Below are positions 35,769 to 48,748 of a stretch of 49,681 nt of DNA, in pieces. Both the position numbers and the translations under genes were made by a program. The notes under the pieces were generated by a model. The model was not told the origin of the DNA. It saw nothing but the letters and a program-made list of their open reading frames with translations, and searched no databases. The stretch is from Vermamoeba vermiformis (taxonomy: Eukaryota). The DNA lies in NCBI GenBank assembly GCA_045837725.1, contig JBEWZL010000076.1, positions 496,001 to 545,681 of the forward strand, read 5' to 3'. How positions within the stretch are numbered: the stretch's first letter is position 1; each line of letters opens with the position of its first letter.

Positions 35769-38700
35769 ATGAACAAAGATACACAACACAGCAAAAGTCA
35801 ACCTCAATTACCAACAAATCACATTAAGTCAGTCGATCCAAAGCAAGCGAGCGTTCCAAATTTAATCATCAGTGCGGATCCAACAGAGTCCGATGAGAAA
35901 CATTCGCCCCGTGATGCTTTCAAGGAAGACAAAAAGAAAAAATCATTCGTGGACATATCCAAATTTATGAAGGTTATCAAGGGTCATAAAGACAAAGATA
36001 AGGACTTGAGTGGCGATGAGAGTGAGATGCCAGAAGTAAGACGTGCAACTAGATCCGACAAAGAAAAGGAGCGTGAAGGAAAAGAACTTCGTAGATTAGA
36101 AAAAGAAAAAGAAAAAGAGCGACACCGCGAAGAGAAAGAGGCGAAGAAGAAGACTAAGCACGAAGGGAAAGATGCCCCATCTGCCACTGGCCCTAGCGTT
36201 TCATTTGCTAATGCAGCTACATCACCGCGTACAGCTCATCAACTCAGCGACGATGTAATTAAAACTGCCATCTCTCGTGTACAATCATTCGATGTAGTCT
36301 CAGAAGAAGTGACTGGATCAACAATATCTTCGATGGCTTCAGAGCCAGAAGAATACAGTACTACTAAATTCATTGCGGATAATGCTAAAACTAAATACAG
36401 TGGCGGCGTGACTAAAGTAAAGCTTGAGGAAGGTCAAACAGAAGAAGACTGGGAGATTTGCAAACTCGCTGATCACACTTGGGCTGGTAACTATAATTTT
36501 ACATATTATTTTTGATATTTTTCTATTATTATGATGACTTTGAGACCTCAGTTGATGTGCCCAGGAATTTTTTTGCAATATTTTTCATTTTGAAATCTTG
36601 TCATTTTCATGAAAATTTTGGATTTGACGCAAAACCCAGGCCAAAAGCGCTACCACGTGCCTCATGGATTTGGAGAACTACGTCTTATGAATGGCGATTT
36701 GATTTACTCTGGTCATTGGAAGGAAGGAAAGCGACACGGCCAAGGCGCAGGCACGTTTAAAGACGGAATCTACTCGGGACATTGGAAGAGCGGTCAACCT
36801 GACGGCGAAGGTAATATAATTCAATACCTTTCTTCCTTATTAATCGAAATTTGAGGCACTCTTACGACGGACAAGTTCACCTTCAAAGGCCACTGGTCCA
36901 AGGGTCAAAAAGACGGCTACGGCAATCTCGAGCGCAAAAATGGCTTCAAATACGTTGGCGAATGGAAAGCCGATCAGAAAAATGGCTACGGATCTGTTTA
37001 TTGGCCTGATGGTGCCAAATATGGTAACTTATTCTCGTTGTATTAAGCAATCATCTCATGCTTTATTTTAGAGGGTGAATGGGAGTCAGACAAGCGCGAA
37101 GGTTACGGAATTTGCGTCTATGTTGACGGCGAGCGATACACTGGTAACTGGAGCGATCACTGGCGAAGTGGCAAAGGCGTGAGCGTGTACCCTAACGGCA
37201 ACAGATATGTCGGCGAGTGGTACAAAGACATGAAACAAGGCAAGGGCACATTGTTTTTGTCACTTGATAAGAAGCTCTACGAAGTACGTGCAGCATTTTT
37301 CATGGCACATCCAAAGTACTCACCCCCTTTGATTGATTAGGGCGAGTGGTGGCGAAACAAACGACACGGTCACGGAGAACAATCTTATTTGAATGGCGAT
37401 CGCTACATTGGCGATTGGATTTTGGACAAAAAAGACGGCGAGGGCACGTACTTTGGTGCTGACGGCTCAGAGTACCGCGGCAATTGGGTCAATGACAAGC
37501 GCGAAGGTGTCGGCAAGCTGAAGTATCAAAACGGCGACGAATATGTCGGCAATTGGAAAGAAGACATGCGCAATGGCAGTGGCGCTTTTATTTGGAAAGA
37601 TTACGGGTAGGAAGTGAACTGCAGTAGTTGACGACGAGATGCTCTAACACTGTACAGAAAATTCGTTGGCGAGTGGAAACAAGACAAAATCAATGGCCCT
37701 GGCGAGTATTACACATTTAAGAATAAGAAGCCCTTGCAAGGCACATTCGAAGAGATCCAGTCTACAGACAACGAAGGTACCTACATTGGTCTGAGCATGA
37801 TGGGCAAGCGATGGGGCCGCGGCAAACAAGAATTCATCAACGGAAATGTATACACTGGCGAATGGAAGATTGGTCGTATGTCTGGATTTGGCATAATGCA
37901 ATACGGTAAGAGTGCGAATTTTGGATTATTATGCTGCGCAGATCTAATCGTTAAACAGCCAATGGAGATGTTTACGAAGGATTTTGGCTCGGTGGACAGC
38001 GCAACGGCTTTGGAAACTTCACTTACAGGTACAGCTAGTCAGCTCAAGGCTTTTTTTCTGACAGATCTTGCAGTGATGGCAGGAAGTATGTGGGTCATTG
38101 GAAACGTGACAAGCAAGAAGGCCGCGGAACAATGACGTATCCATCAGGCGATTTGATAGACTGCACATTCACGAACGGAGTCAGCGCTGATTTTTTGAAC
38201 GGAATTTTAAGGTAACAGATCAGAATTTAAATGCGGTGGATTGTTAATCCCTAATCCTAATTAAATTGATAGGTATGCTAATAAGCAAGTCTATCGCGGT
38301 CCGTTGAAAAATGGTTGCCCTCACGGTATTGGTTCACTCTACATTCCGCAAATTGAATTCTTGGACATACGTGATCTAGCTCTTACTATGTACAGACAGT
38401 GGCAAGAAGGTACTGGATCTTGTGGTCATACGTGCGGTGTTAACTCTTTTCTTTTATAGGAATTATGTTGGACGGCGATGGCAGCTTTGAGTCAAATCGC
38501 GCATTTGTTTATGAAGGAGAGTTCGTCGGCTTGTCGTGTCACGGTGTTGGTCAGTTGACTCACGAAGACGGAAGCTGCTACCTCGGACAGTGGGAAAACG
38601 ACCTAATGCATGGTATATTTTTAAATTTAATTTTTATCTGGATTGTCTCAATTTAATTTTCCATTTTTAGGTGTGGGTCAGTTCACCTCCGTTGAGGGAG

Positions 38701-39153
38701 ATATTTATCGTGGATTATGGCAGCGAGGGCAACGTCACGGATGGGGCATTGAGAGCTACGTTGACGGTGGTAAATTTATTGGTGCTTGGAGACTTGGCAA
38801 TCGACACGGTTGCGGCGTGTTTCAATGGCCCGACGGTACTTGCACTCTTCGCGAGTATCGCCAGGATGATCTTGTAACAGGTAATAATATTGTCGTGACT
38901 CAATTAAGTAATACAATACTAACAAAAATAATATCTGCTTTCAGAACGAGCCATTTCTGGTGAGGACGTGAAGGCGGTCCTGTCAAAGATTCCTACCAGC
39001 GTTTTCGAGAAACAAATCGACGATATTGTTCAAGCGATTAGCGAGAAGCAAAGAGATAGTAGCAAGCACATGCTCTCCATGAAAAAGGCCGTTGGAGATG
39101 TGCCCAGCAAGGGTACCACACCGGTAGTACCGCGCAAGGTTCTGCCGAAATAA
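35769..39153 (+). CDS. MORN-repeat protein with charged N-terminus
   Basis: Many YxGxWxxGKRHGxG repeats over multiple exons. Confidence 0.9.
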
Positions 39154-39476
39154 TTAACGCTGTAAATGGCCTAATAATAAATCCGTTAACCGGAGAAGAC
39201 CACGCTTTCCTTTCTTGTCAAACAAAGAGATTGGGATCTAGGTCCAAACCACCTTCTCTCCATTCGCAATCAATGTTTATGACAATGGTAGGAAGAATCC
39301 ACCAGGGATTGTCGGTCAGAATTTGTCAAAGCAAAGGAAATTTCGACTTGTTTGAATAAACAAAAAAGAGAGAAGGTCTCAAAGTCGTTCAATTATTCAA
39401 TTTCGCTTGTTAGAGCAACCACGCAACAACCTAGTTAATCTACATAGTCTCTATCTATTACCCAATCAGCAACACA

Positions 39477-39644
39477 ATGGAACGTACTAGCGCTATCAAC
39501 TTGACTTTCCGACCCAGCCTTCTCCCCAGATCTGGCTCTCGCGTTGCTGCTTTGGTCGTCTCGCAAGTTTTAATCATGGGAAAAGTCCTTGCAGACAACA
39601 AGAACTTTAACAGTCAACGATACAATGGCAACCAATCGAACTAA
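39477..39644 (+). CDS. Putative 55-aa microprotein
   Basis: AACACAATGG start context like neighbouring genes; MERTSAINLTFRPSLLPRSGSRVAALVVSQVLIMGKVLADNKNFNSQRYNGNQSN*. Confidence 0.4.
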   Translation: MERTSAINLTFRPSLLPRSGSRVAALVVSQVLIMGKVLADNKNFNSQRYNGNQSN

Positions 39645-40259
39645 AAGAAACTTCGCGTTGTCGAGCAGTGTTGTAGTGGCGTGTTCGCGTTTTTTGTATT
39701 ATATGTTTAAAATGTACATTTGTTGATATAAAATAGCAAGCTGTTTATCGGATACAGAAGTGAAAGCTTGATCTTGGCGGGATTGTTCAACTTTGATTCT
39801 AAATCTTGGAGTTACAACGCCAAAGGTAACCGGTATAATAAATTAACAATGAGGTAGCAATAAACTATTGGAAAATCAGAAGTTCCTTGTTAAAATTTCA
39901 AGAAGCGCACGATCTAACCCGAAACTAATTCGGAGAGGCCTAAAACAAATTTACCGCACTTATAACCGATGCTTCACCTATTTGGCTGACATTGTTTTGT
40001 TGTTCTGTAGCAGATGAGAATTTTAAATCTGTCCAGAAATTTTGAATAAACTCAACCAGAGCTGCTGTGTCTGTAATCGTAACCAACATTTATCATGCAC
40101 TTATGTTGTAGGACAATACAGTGCTGTTTGGTTTGGAAATAAAAGCGCAAGCAGGTCAAGTGTCATTCGGCGTCACAAAAAAATCTCGCCCAAACAAAAG
40201 ATTTTTTCAAACCGAAACCCAGTTTCCTAACTTACAACCAACAAGAACCACACTACACA

Positions 40260-41118
40260 ATGTCTAGCCGAAAGAGAACTTTGCAACGTGAAGACACCAC
40301 CAGCGTCTTGAAAGAAGATCTTGTCAAGGACTTCGTCTCCGCTTTCCAACTTTTCAGCGGTCGCAAGGAGCGCCTGAGCCCTGAAGATATTCGCATGGTT
40401 ATCAAACAATTCGATTTGAAGTTCACTGCCTCGCAAATCGATGAAATGATCAAGTAATTTTTATTTTTGAGTCGATGTGGTTGACAATTTAAATTTTAAC
40501 TAAATCTTTTTTATAATTATAGGGAAGGAGATACTACTGGTGCTGGTTCATTGGATTCAACCGAATTTATGATTATGATGGCTAGAAAGCTCAAGCAGCT
40601 TGATCCTCGCCCCACTCTCCAAAAAGCTTTTGAGGTAAATGTCAGATCGAGCTTCAGATACGCTCATTATGTTGCTTATGATCGAGACAAATCTATTTGC
40701 TTGCGAGCACTGAGATTATATATAACTTTTCGTTATTTTAAAGTTCGGCCTTTTTTGTTGCAACCGTTCTCTTACTGTTAATTGCATAAACAACTCATCG
40801 AAAATATTTGACCTACTAAATGAACGTCATACCCTTGGACAAACTCCGAAATTAAATTGAATTTGTCGGTGCAAGCAAAAGTTGACTGTGTCAATTTCGA
40901 TCTGGTAGCTAACCATAATCTTTTTATAGGTTTTCGACCCCAAGAAGACCGGCAAGATTAAGCTCGAAGATTTGTATGCCACTCTGACGGAGACTGGCGA
41001 CAAGTTGAAGCACACAGATGTCGATGAGATGCTCAAGGCTTGCAAGGACAAGGACGGTTACTTCTTGTACAACGACTTCCTTGAAGTTGTCTATGGCATG
41101 CAAGCTGGTGACAAATAA
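40260..41118 (+). CDS. mlcR: Myosin II regulatory light chain / EF-hand protein (amoebozoan type)
   Basis: KRTLQREDTTSVL resembles the recalled Dictyostelium RLC N-terminus; EGDTTGAGSLDSTEFMIMMARK, AFEVFDP, GDKL; 3 exons. Confidence 0.8.
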
Positions 41119-41623
41119 GATAGAGTCCTACCTAGAGCTTTGAATCTAAACTATTCCAGATCTTGTCGTAACCTAAAATATTAATTTATTGTGCAGTACT
41201 AATATAAAAACTTTTGTTTGAATTTACAAGTGCACTTTTAGCATTGCAATTACTCCAGTTCAGTTCGTTTCGCATTGATTCCCCTTTAGCTCTGATCCGC
41301 CACGTTTAACGGTTCTATTATTCGCGCAAGTAAGGTAGATACTTGAGACATTAGTCATGCCGGATACGGCGGTGATATTTATGCCTCTAATCGGGCAACA
41401 AATCACGGTCTATTTTAAAAAGTTGTGACAGGTGCGTTGACATTTCATTCTAGTTGTCGGTCCTTTCGCTTTCAGAGCGATTTATAATACACATTGGCAT
41501 ACAAAATTCATATTTATTTCGTTGCATAGCTAGCAGCCGTTTACTTTTCCTCTTGGTGGATTTACCGGCCACACTAATTGCCCGAGATAGCTTACATAAA
41601 CAATCAAAAAATAATATAGCACA

Positions 41624-44600
41624 ATGTCGAAAGCAGATTCGGTAAGGATCATGTCTACCTTTTAATTTTTGCCCGCGAATCTGATACTGAAAAATAATCT
41701 TGAATTCCATGACAAATTTAACACTACGGGCAAGAAATATCATTCCCTCGTCATTTAATTCATGCAGTTTTTCCCCTTTAGGCTATTATTTCGGCCGTAG
41801 GTCAAAATTTTGTTATTTTTACAAACGATTGTCTTATTCAATTACTGATCCCTCAATTAGGCTTTGGTGCGTGTTTTTTTAATAGACGGAACGTTCAAGA
41901 CATTTTTAGTAAAAAGGAGCGATACAGTCCACTCGTTCAAAGATCAAATTGCAAAGAAACTCAAAGTTGATCCCACGACCAGTAGTCAATATGGATTATT
42001 TGTACTTACCGATAATAGAAGAGGTATGTTTTCAAATTCTTTTCTTGACTGCTAGTTGTACGTACCTTATGGTAGTCGATTGATGGATCGATTTTTAATT
42101 GTAGTGGACAACCTAAATTTGTTTACGAACTTTTTCCCACTTAACATTACGAATTGCAATATTAAGGCGGTTAAATTTGAAAAAATTAGCAAATTTATCT
42201 AATATTTAATTAACAATTTTAATTTGCCTGACCGTACTTGACCCCCATGTACTTCGGCGCTACTTGCCAATAGGCTCGTGGTTCGACGTATTTACCGGGC
42301 CTTAAAATACGTATATTTCGTCATCAGCAAGAACGAGCGACACATAATAATGTCTTTGTTTAGTCGATCCAATTATCGACAGTCCCTTTGAGCTGCATGT
42401 TCGATGGGGAACGCAAAGTGGGACAACAAGGAAATTCCTCTTCAAGCGTTTGGATGAAGTAACAGCGGAGGTACGTTAATTTAACGAGTTAGGGTATGCG
42501 TATTATAATATAATTATATCAACCAGCAAAGGACAGAAGAAGATAAAACCAAACGACGGCCCTCCCTGTTCATTAAACGACGTACGTATTGCGATAGTGG
42601 ACTAACATACGACTACATCTAATGCGATTGAATTCACAGCGCCGAGCAAATCAGTAGCGAATAGTCTAAAGAAGCCGTTGGAGCCCTCGGCTTTTGCTTC
42701 GTCCACTTACTTGACACCACTTGGCTCGACTACAAACACCACAAACTCGTCTACACACAACACTACGACTTCTGAAATACAAGCCCAACCAAGTTCGCCG
42801 TCTACACCTGTAAATACTTCAGCAGACGCGCTTGATTTCGCGGCAAATAATAACAATGAAGAACTAGTTGTTGGTTCGTTGCCAACAAAACCTAGTTTTT
42901 CGTCACTGGAGGTCAACATTGGCAGCGGTCACTCTTCCAACGAGTGGCCTGCACCTCAGACGAATTCAGAATCAAACGCCAATCTCAATTTACCGAGCAC
43001 TCCCGCGCGACGCCCTGGCCCATCTGTTTCGCGTCCACTGCCTAAGACACCTGCTTTTTCTCCCGTTCTGTCAGGGTTGAAACGAGCGCCAAGTGTAGCG
43101 GCCCAAGACCGCAATATGAATGGAGGGGTGGCCCGTAAGTCTTCAGCTTCGTGGTCAGTACCGAACAGCAATGTCAAACCGGCCGAACCTGTCATTAGCG
43201 TGCAGGAGGCGATTAAAGAAGTGATGCACGATGAATACACAGCAAAGAGTGAACGTGATGAAAAGAGCAAAAAGGTAAAGAGCAACAAAATATGATGCAT
43301 TAATAATAACGCTATTAACTAATAGATAATCATTGGCTGGATCAATCGCCACTTGGCTAATCGAGGGATGGAAATAACGAATTTGACTACGGATCTGCAA
43401 GATGGTGTTTATTTAATTAATGTAAGACGATTTCCTTTTCTTCATCCTTATTAACGCTCGACTTGAAACAGCTACTCGAAGAGGTCAGCGGGAAGAAATT
43501 AGAATTTTACGTCAAGAAGCCGGACAATATGACGAAGAAAATCGACAACTTGAACTTGTTTATCAAGTTCTTGAGTCACTTGGGCCTTAAAGTTACCGGT
43601 GTTAGTGCAATGGGTAAGTAACGGGAGGTTTGGTCTGATATTCTTTGTCTAATCAATTACGGCAGATATTTATTCGTGCAACGAGAATATTATGATGGCT
43701 ATTCTATTGTTGATCATCAAGAACGATCATAACTTGAATAGTAAGTTGTTAACATCCTTTCTTTATAACTTATGTTTTCGTTAGAGTCAACGTTCGCACG
43801 AGCACGGCTGCCCTCTTCGGGTGCTACTTTGTCGTTAGCAAGTGGGCAAAACAGGAAGAGTTTAGGTGTGCATCGCGAGTTGAAAGACGGAGGTAATATA
43901 AGTGATGATTATGTGGCGTTATAACTGACGGCGAAACAAATCAGAGTCGTCCCCTACCTCGAGTCCCCCTTCGTCGCTCAGTAGCGCATCATTTTCAACC
44001 AATCCACGCGACTCCATGCCACCTCTTGTGCAAGTGCAGAGTAACTCGCATGTTGTGAGACCCGCAGTATCGATAGTACCCTCCAAGCCACGTGCTGACT
44101 CTACCGATTTGCCTTCATTGACGAGCAATGAGTTGCCCTCGTTTGGTCATAGTGACTTGCCAGCATTCAATCAACAGGCTGACTTACCCTCGTTCAATCA
44201 CGCGAGTCATTTGCCTTCGTTTAACAACGGTGCGTCAAGTCCAAAAAGTACCCAGGGTCATGCTCAACACGACAACACTCCTTACCTAGGAGTGCATTCA
44301 TTTGAAGACATGGACCGCAAGTCTAAGCGAATGAGCAGTGCGGTCTGGCTGAGCGATGACATCAAACAACAATTGTTCTTGTTCCACGAAGATTTGCCAC
44401 AACAACATAATGGTACGCCGATCTATTTTACTCTCTGAACTAACGAAGCACAGACGAGGAAGGCAGGAACCATGCATCCAGTGATATTTTTGATGGCCCA
44501 TTCTTACTGAAGGACGCTGAGCCTATTGAACCAGACCTGGACTGGGATGATCCGGACCGGTTTGACCCTGAAAAGGTGTTGTTAGATCTAGGTGATGAGG

Positions 44601-44967
44601 AGCCTTTGTTTCCAAAAGAGGAGAAAGAAGTTCCCTTCGTTTTTGATGATGTTGAAGTTCTATCGTTGAAGGCACTTAAAGGTAACTAGTAACTTAAGTT
44701 GTGTCTGTACTAATTTAACTAGATGAATCAACAAATGTTGTTGAAACACTTGACATATCATTTGAACTACCCAGTTTTGGTGCAACAAACTATCATGAGA
44801 AGACAGCAAATGCAAGATCAATATTAAGGTAACATAGCACCATTTGGAGATTATTCTAAACGTTTGATTTAAGAAATGATCGTGCATCGGTATTTGGCCT
44901 GGAGCAATTCAACAGCATGGAGAATGTACTCTCAACTGTTGCAGATGAATTCCAGCTTACTATTTAG
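41624..44967 (+). CDS. Protein with N-terminal RA/ubiquitin-like domain and a calponin-homology domain
   Basis: VRVFLIDGTFKTFLV..YGLF..KFLFK (RA/FERM-F1-like); WINRHL..ITNLTTDLQDGVYLI|LLEEVSGK..KIDNLN (CH). 3' exons less certain. Confidence 0.75.
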
Positions 44968-45814
44968 AAGTCCCTAGTGCAGCATTGCTTAATAATGCCA
45001 TTTAGTCTTGTTGCACAACAAAGAATAAATTAAGTTTTTGTTCTGCAACTTATTCTCAACAGTTTTTATCATGTGATACTGCAATTGGTTTATTCAACTG
45101 CATAACAGACCAAAGCTTTCCTTAAAACACTTATGGGATGATCTTTTGGTGACATAAAGCAAAGCATTGTTTCATTTTCTTTGTGAAGTGCTTTGCAAGT
45201 TCAAACTTCCTGATTTTTTGCAATGCTAACTGCAGATTCAACACTTTAAGAACAACTAAAACTGATCCCAAGGATAACCCTCTTGTAGGTATTTGAGTAA
45301 ATGTTGTCCTTCTTTTGCTGCACTCACACATGAATTCTCATTCCAAGGTCATTCATTCAAAGAGGCCTTGTTATTTGTACATTGAAGGAGTTCATACTGT
45401 GGCATGGTCATGCTCTCAGTCCCTGTGGAATGGCTGAGCATCATGCGACCAAACAAAGCTTTGCTGAGCTGACTGTTGACAATAGTCAATTGACTTACTA
45501 CTCATTCCTCTGTCTCTGCCCTTGTGACCAGCTGGTCACGCTTCTGTCTCATCCCCCTATAACCAATTGGTCATGCTCTCAATCCCTGTGACCTGTTGGA
45601 CACGCTCTCAGTCCATTATACCCAGCAGCTGGGTTGTAGCTGCAATAAGAAAGCAATATGTAGGCTGTCCATTTTTGCTCTAAGACCTCTAAGCCCTAAA
45701 GATAGACAGGTATTCAAGTTAGTGGACAAATTATCACACAAGTTCACCTCACCACAATTGCAAGGTAAGCAAGATTGCAATTTATTAAAATAATACTAAT
45801 TCTACACACTACAG

Positions 45815-45949
45815 GACAAGATACAGGGGCTTTGTTGTGTCATTCCATTTGGAGAATACAAGGGTGGAGATCTGGTTTTTCAACAGCACAAGCTACCATT
45901 TCCTTTGAAGCCAGGCAATATGATCTTCTTCAGATCAAGAGAGCTTCTT
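45815..45949 (+). pseudogene. Fragment of 2OG-Fe(II) dioxygenase, TET/JBP-like
   Basis: After a CAG acceptor: DKIQGLCCVIPFGEYKGGDLVFQQHKLPFPLKPGNMIFFRSRELL. No HxD seen upstream and the distal His is missing. Confidence 0.55.
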
Positions 45950-46409
45950 GCTGAATGCGATGCTCAACCTCTACAACCATTATATATATAGTTAGGCTTA
46001 GCTAATTTAAGGCTTATAGGCCTAAAGCCTGGAAAATGTCATATTTTTGAATAAAACCCCATGATTTGAATAAACGTTATTTATTTTTGAATATACAATT
46101 ATGCCTAAAATCTGTACAATCTTCATTTTCCCAATTTTGAATCACAAACATTGTTTTCCCATCCATTTGCCTTGGCAGACTTACAATGAAGACTGAGCCT
46201 AAAAGTAAGAACCTTAGTTTCATCGGGTAACTATTTTGAATATGCATACTTACAAAATGTCTATTCATTTGCATGGATGTCCAACCAGTACTGAATTTTA
46301 TATATATTTAGGGTTGCCCACCCTATGGGTTATGGGGTTGTTAGTGGCCCTCTGGGGCTTTTCTTGCCGCTTGAGGGGATGTGACCTCCTTTCACCTTGT
46401 TTAGACGGC

Positions 46410-46956
46410 AAGTTGTTGTCCAACAGGATGCAACCTCATTTTGACAGGAGGTTGTCGTCCAAGAGGATGCGACCTTGTTCGACAAGGGAGGTTGTCGTCC
46501 AAGAGGATGCAACCTCATTCGACAAGGAAGGTTGTCATCCAGGAGGATGCGACCTCAATGAAAAGGAAGGTTGTCGTCCAGGAGGATGCGACCTCGTTCG
46601 ACAAGGGAGGTTGTCGTCCAAGAGGATGTGACCTCATTCGACAAGGAAGGTTGTCGTCCAGGAGGATGCGACCTTGTTCGACAAGGGAGGTTGTCGTCCA
46701 GGAGGATGCAACCTCATTCGGCAAGGAAGGTTGTCATCCAGGAGGATGCAACCTCATTTGACAAGGGAGGTTGTCATCCAAGAGGATGCGACCTCGTTCG
46801 GCAAGGAAGGTTGTCGTCCAGGAGGATGCGACCTCATTCGACAAGGTAGGTTGTTGTCCAGGAGGATGCGACCTCGTTCAACAAGGGAGGTTGTCATCCA
46901 AGAGGATGTGAACTCGTTCGGCAAGGAAGGTTGTTGTCCAGGAGGATGCAACCTCA
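46410..46956. repeat. Tandem array of 14 x ~40-bp hairpin-forming units
   Basis: Unit AGGTTGTCGTCCA(A/G)GAGGATGCGACCTCGTTCGACAAGG(G/A); starts at 46410, 46449, 46489, 46529, 46568 ... 46928. Confidence 0.97.
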
Positions 46957-46989
46957 ATCAAAACCTCATCTTAATAAAATAAACTTTGA

Positions 46990-48236
46990 TTAACTAAATT
47001 TATTTATCTTGTATTGTTGTGCCATTTTTTTAAATTTTTTACAAAGTTTTCTCCGAATTGTAACATCGGATTTGACTGACAAGTTGTCCTCTTCATTCTC
47101 ACTCTCTGTCTCATCACCATCCAAGTCTTTGATTTGACTTTGCAGTTGCCTGTAAGCCAATTATTAAAAAGCCTAATTCGAATTAACATACGTTTTAAGA
47201 GTGTAAGTGATGCCAACGTAAACATCATGGAGCTGCAACCCTTGTAAAAACCCGTCATTGATTTTTTCCTCTCGCAGAGCTGAATTTGACCAATTAGATG
47301 GCAAATCTATCAGACTACAAGTAGTGAAGCATCGCAATATACTCGACGGTGTGCGCACTGATAGACAGTGTACTGGTTTGTTTCCAAAAGCTGTTCGCTT
47401 GTATACATGAATATAGCGAGAGGCGTATTGCTGCCATCCAACAAGATAGAATTGAAGGTAGTTGAAGTCCAGACCCACAAAATCACCAAGTTGGCGCAAG
47501 TACTCCATACAAACATTTATGAGCAGACTTTGGTTTGACTCGGAACTGAGGAAAAGGTAAGCATTCATCCAAGGAGGAACTCCTGTTGAATAGGTAAGTT
47601 TATCGCAAGGCACAAGAGGATTGAATTACCAAAGTATTGTGCCAAGCGCTGAAGAATTTCACTGGCAGTGAGTTCTCCAAAGCCATTAAAGCCAGGTGAG
47701 CAAAGAAGTTCAAACAAACTTAAATGAGAAGACATGTCCATGTTTTTAAGCAATGTAGCCAGTTTGTGCACGAACAAACCATGCTCAAGTCGAATATCTG
47801 GTCCAAGCCGTTCATTCCATTGTAAGGCAGGCATCACAGTTATGCAAGGCTTATTATAAGACGCCTGGATGCATGTGAGCACACACCCAACTCCATCAAA
47901 ACAAATGATCGTAACACTGGTATTTATTAGGTTATTTAATGAGTGTAGAGGGCAATACGCAAAAACATCGTCGCTAGAGAGTTGAATGAGTATTACTGAA
48001 CCATCCTGAAGAATTAGTGCGAGCTGTTCTCCGCGCGAGTAAATCTATCGTGAAGAATTACAATGCAAACGCCATAATTGTCTACTTACTAATTTAATCT
48101 GTAAGTTGAGGTTTTTTCCACTCGACTGGGTTGTTAGCGCACTGATTTGGCCTCGGTAAATTCTCTGAACGCTCAGCCCCAGTACGCGAGCAGACAACCA
48201 GCGATGTAAATACTTGTAATCAATGTATTCTGCCAC
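46990..48236 (-). CDS. Divergent Fpg/Nei (NEIL1-like) glycosylase-fold protein with H2TH motif; catalytic residues altered
   Basis: MAEY start, SRGEQLALILQDG..ILIQL, RLGPD, LFELL..FNGFGELTASEILQRL..G|VPPW; introns ~48046-48090, 47583-47629, ~47150-47191 give an open frame. Confidence 0.6.
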
Positions 48237-48748
48237 TAAATAAATTTAGTTAGTTAATTTGACGTTGAGAGATAAAACAATTTATTGCAGAGGTATTTTG
48301 GATGCGAGTAATTGTAGCGAAATAATTTAAATAAATTGGGCGATAATTAACGAATATTACAATATTACTATTTACAGCTCACTTACACGTAAAAAATACT
48401 AGCCATGCAGTGGCGTGTTGTATTCCAGCGAGGAATATTCAACCCGATCACGATCGCCGTGGTCGGAGTAATGCTTGCACCGTCGAGCGCAAGGTAAATT
48501 CGCTTTAACGAAGCGAAATAATACTTACTTCTTTACGGTGGTTCAGCCAATGAATTGTGCTCGTGTTATTACGCAAGGACTAAAAACGCCAAATTTGGAT
48601 TTCACAACTTTTAAATTTTATTCTTATTCTTATTTATACATAAGCACCATATATCAGCAATTTGGCATTTACGGAGCTCTGTAAGTCTAGCGCGGGCTCG
48701 ATGGTCCGCGTTTCAACTGCGACTTCGTTCGGTCGCATCGAAGCGAGT

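Noticed and set aside
46236-46982. Repetitive ORFs across the 40-bp array (and 49037-49555)
   Set aside because: Unit length is not a multiple of 3 and ORFs appear in all frames; by-products of the repeat.
47565-47630. Apparent frameshift in the Nei-like gene
   Set aside because: Explained by a canonical 47-nt GT-AG intron (47583-47629).
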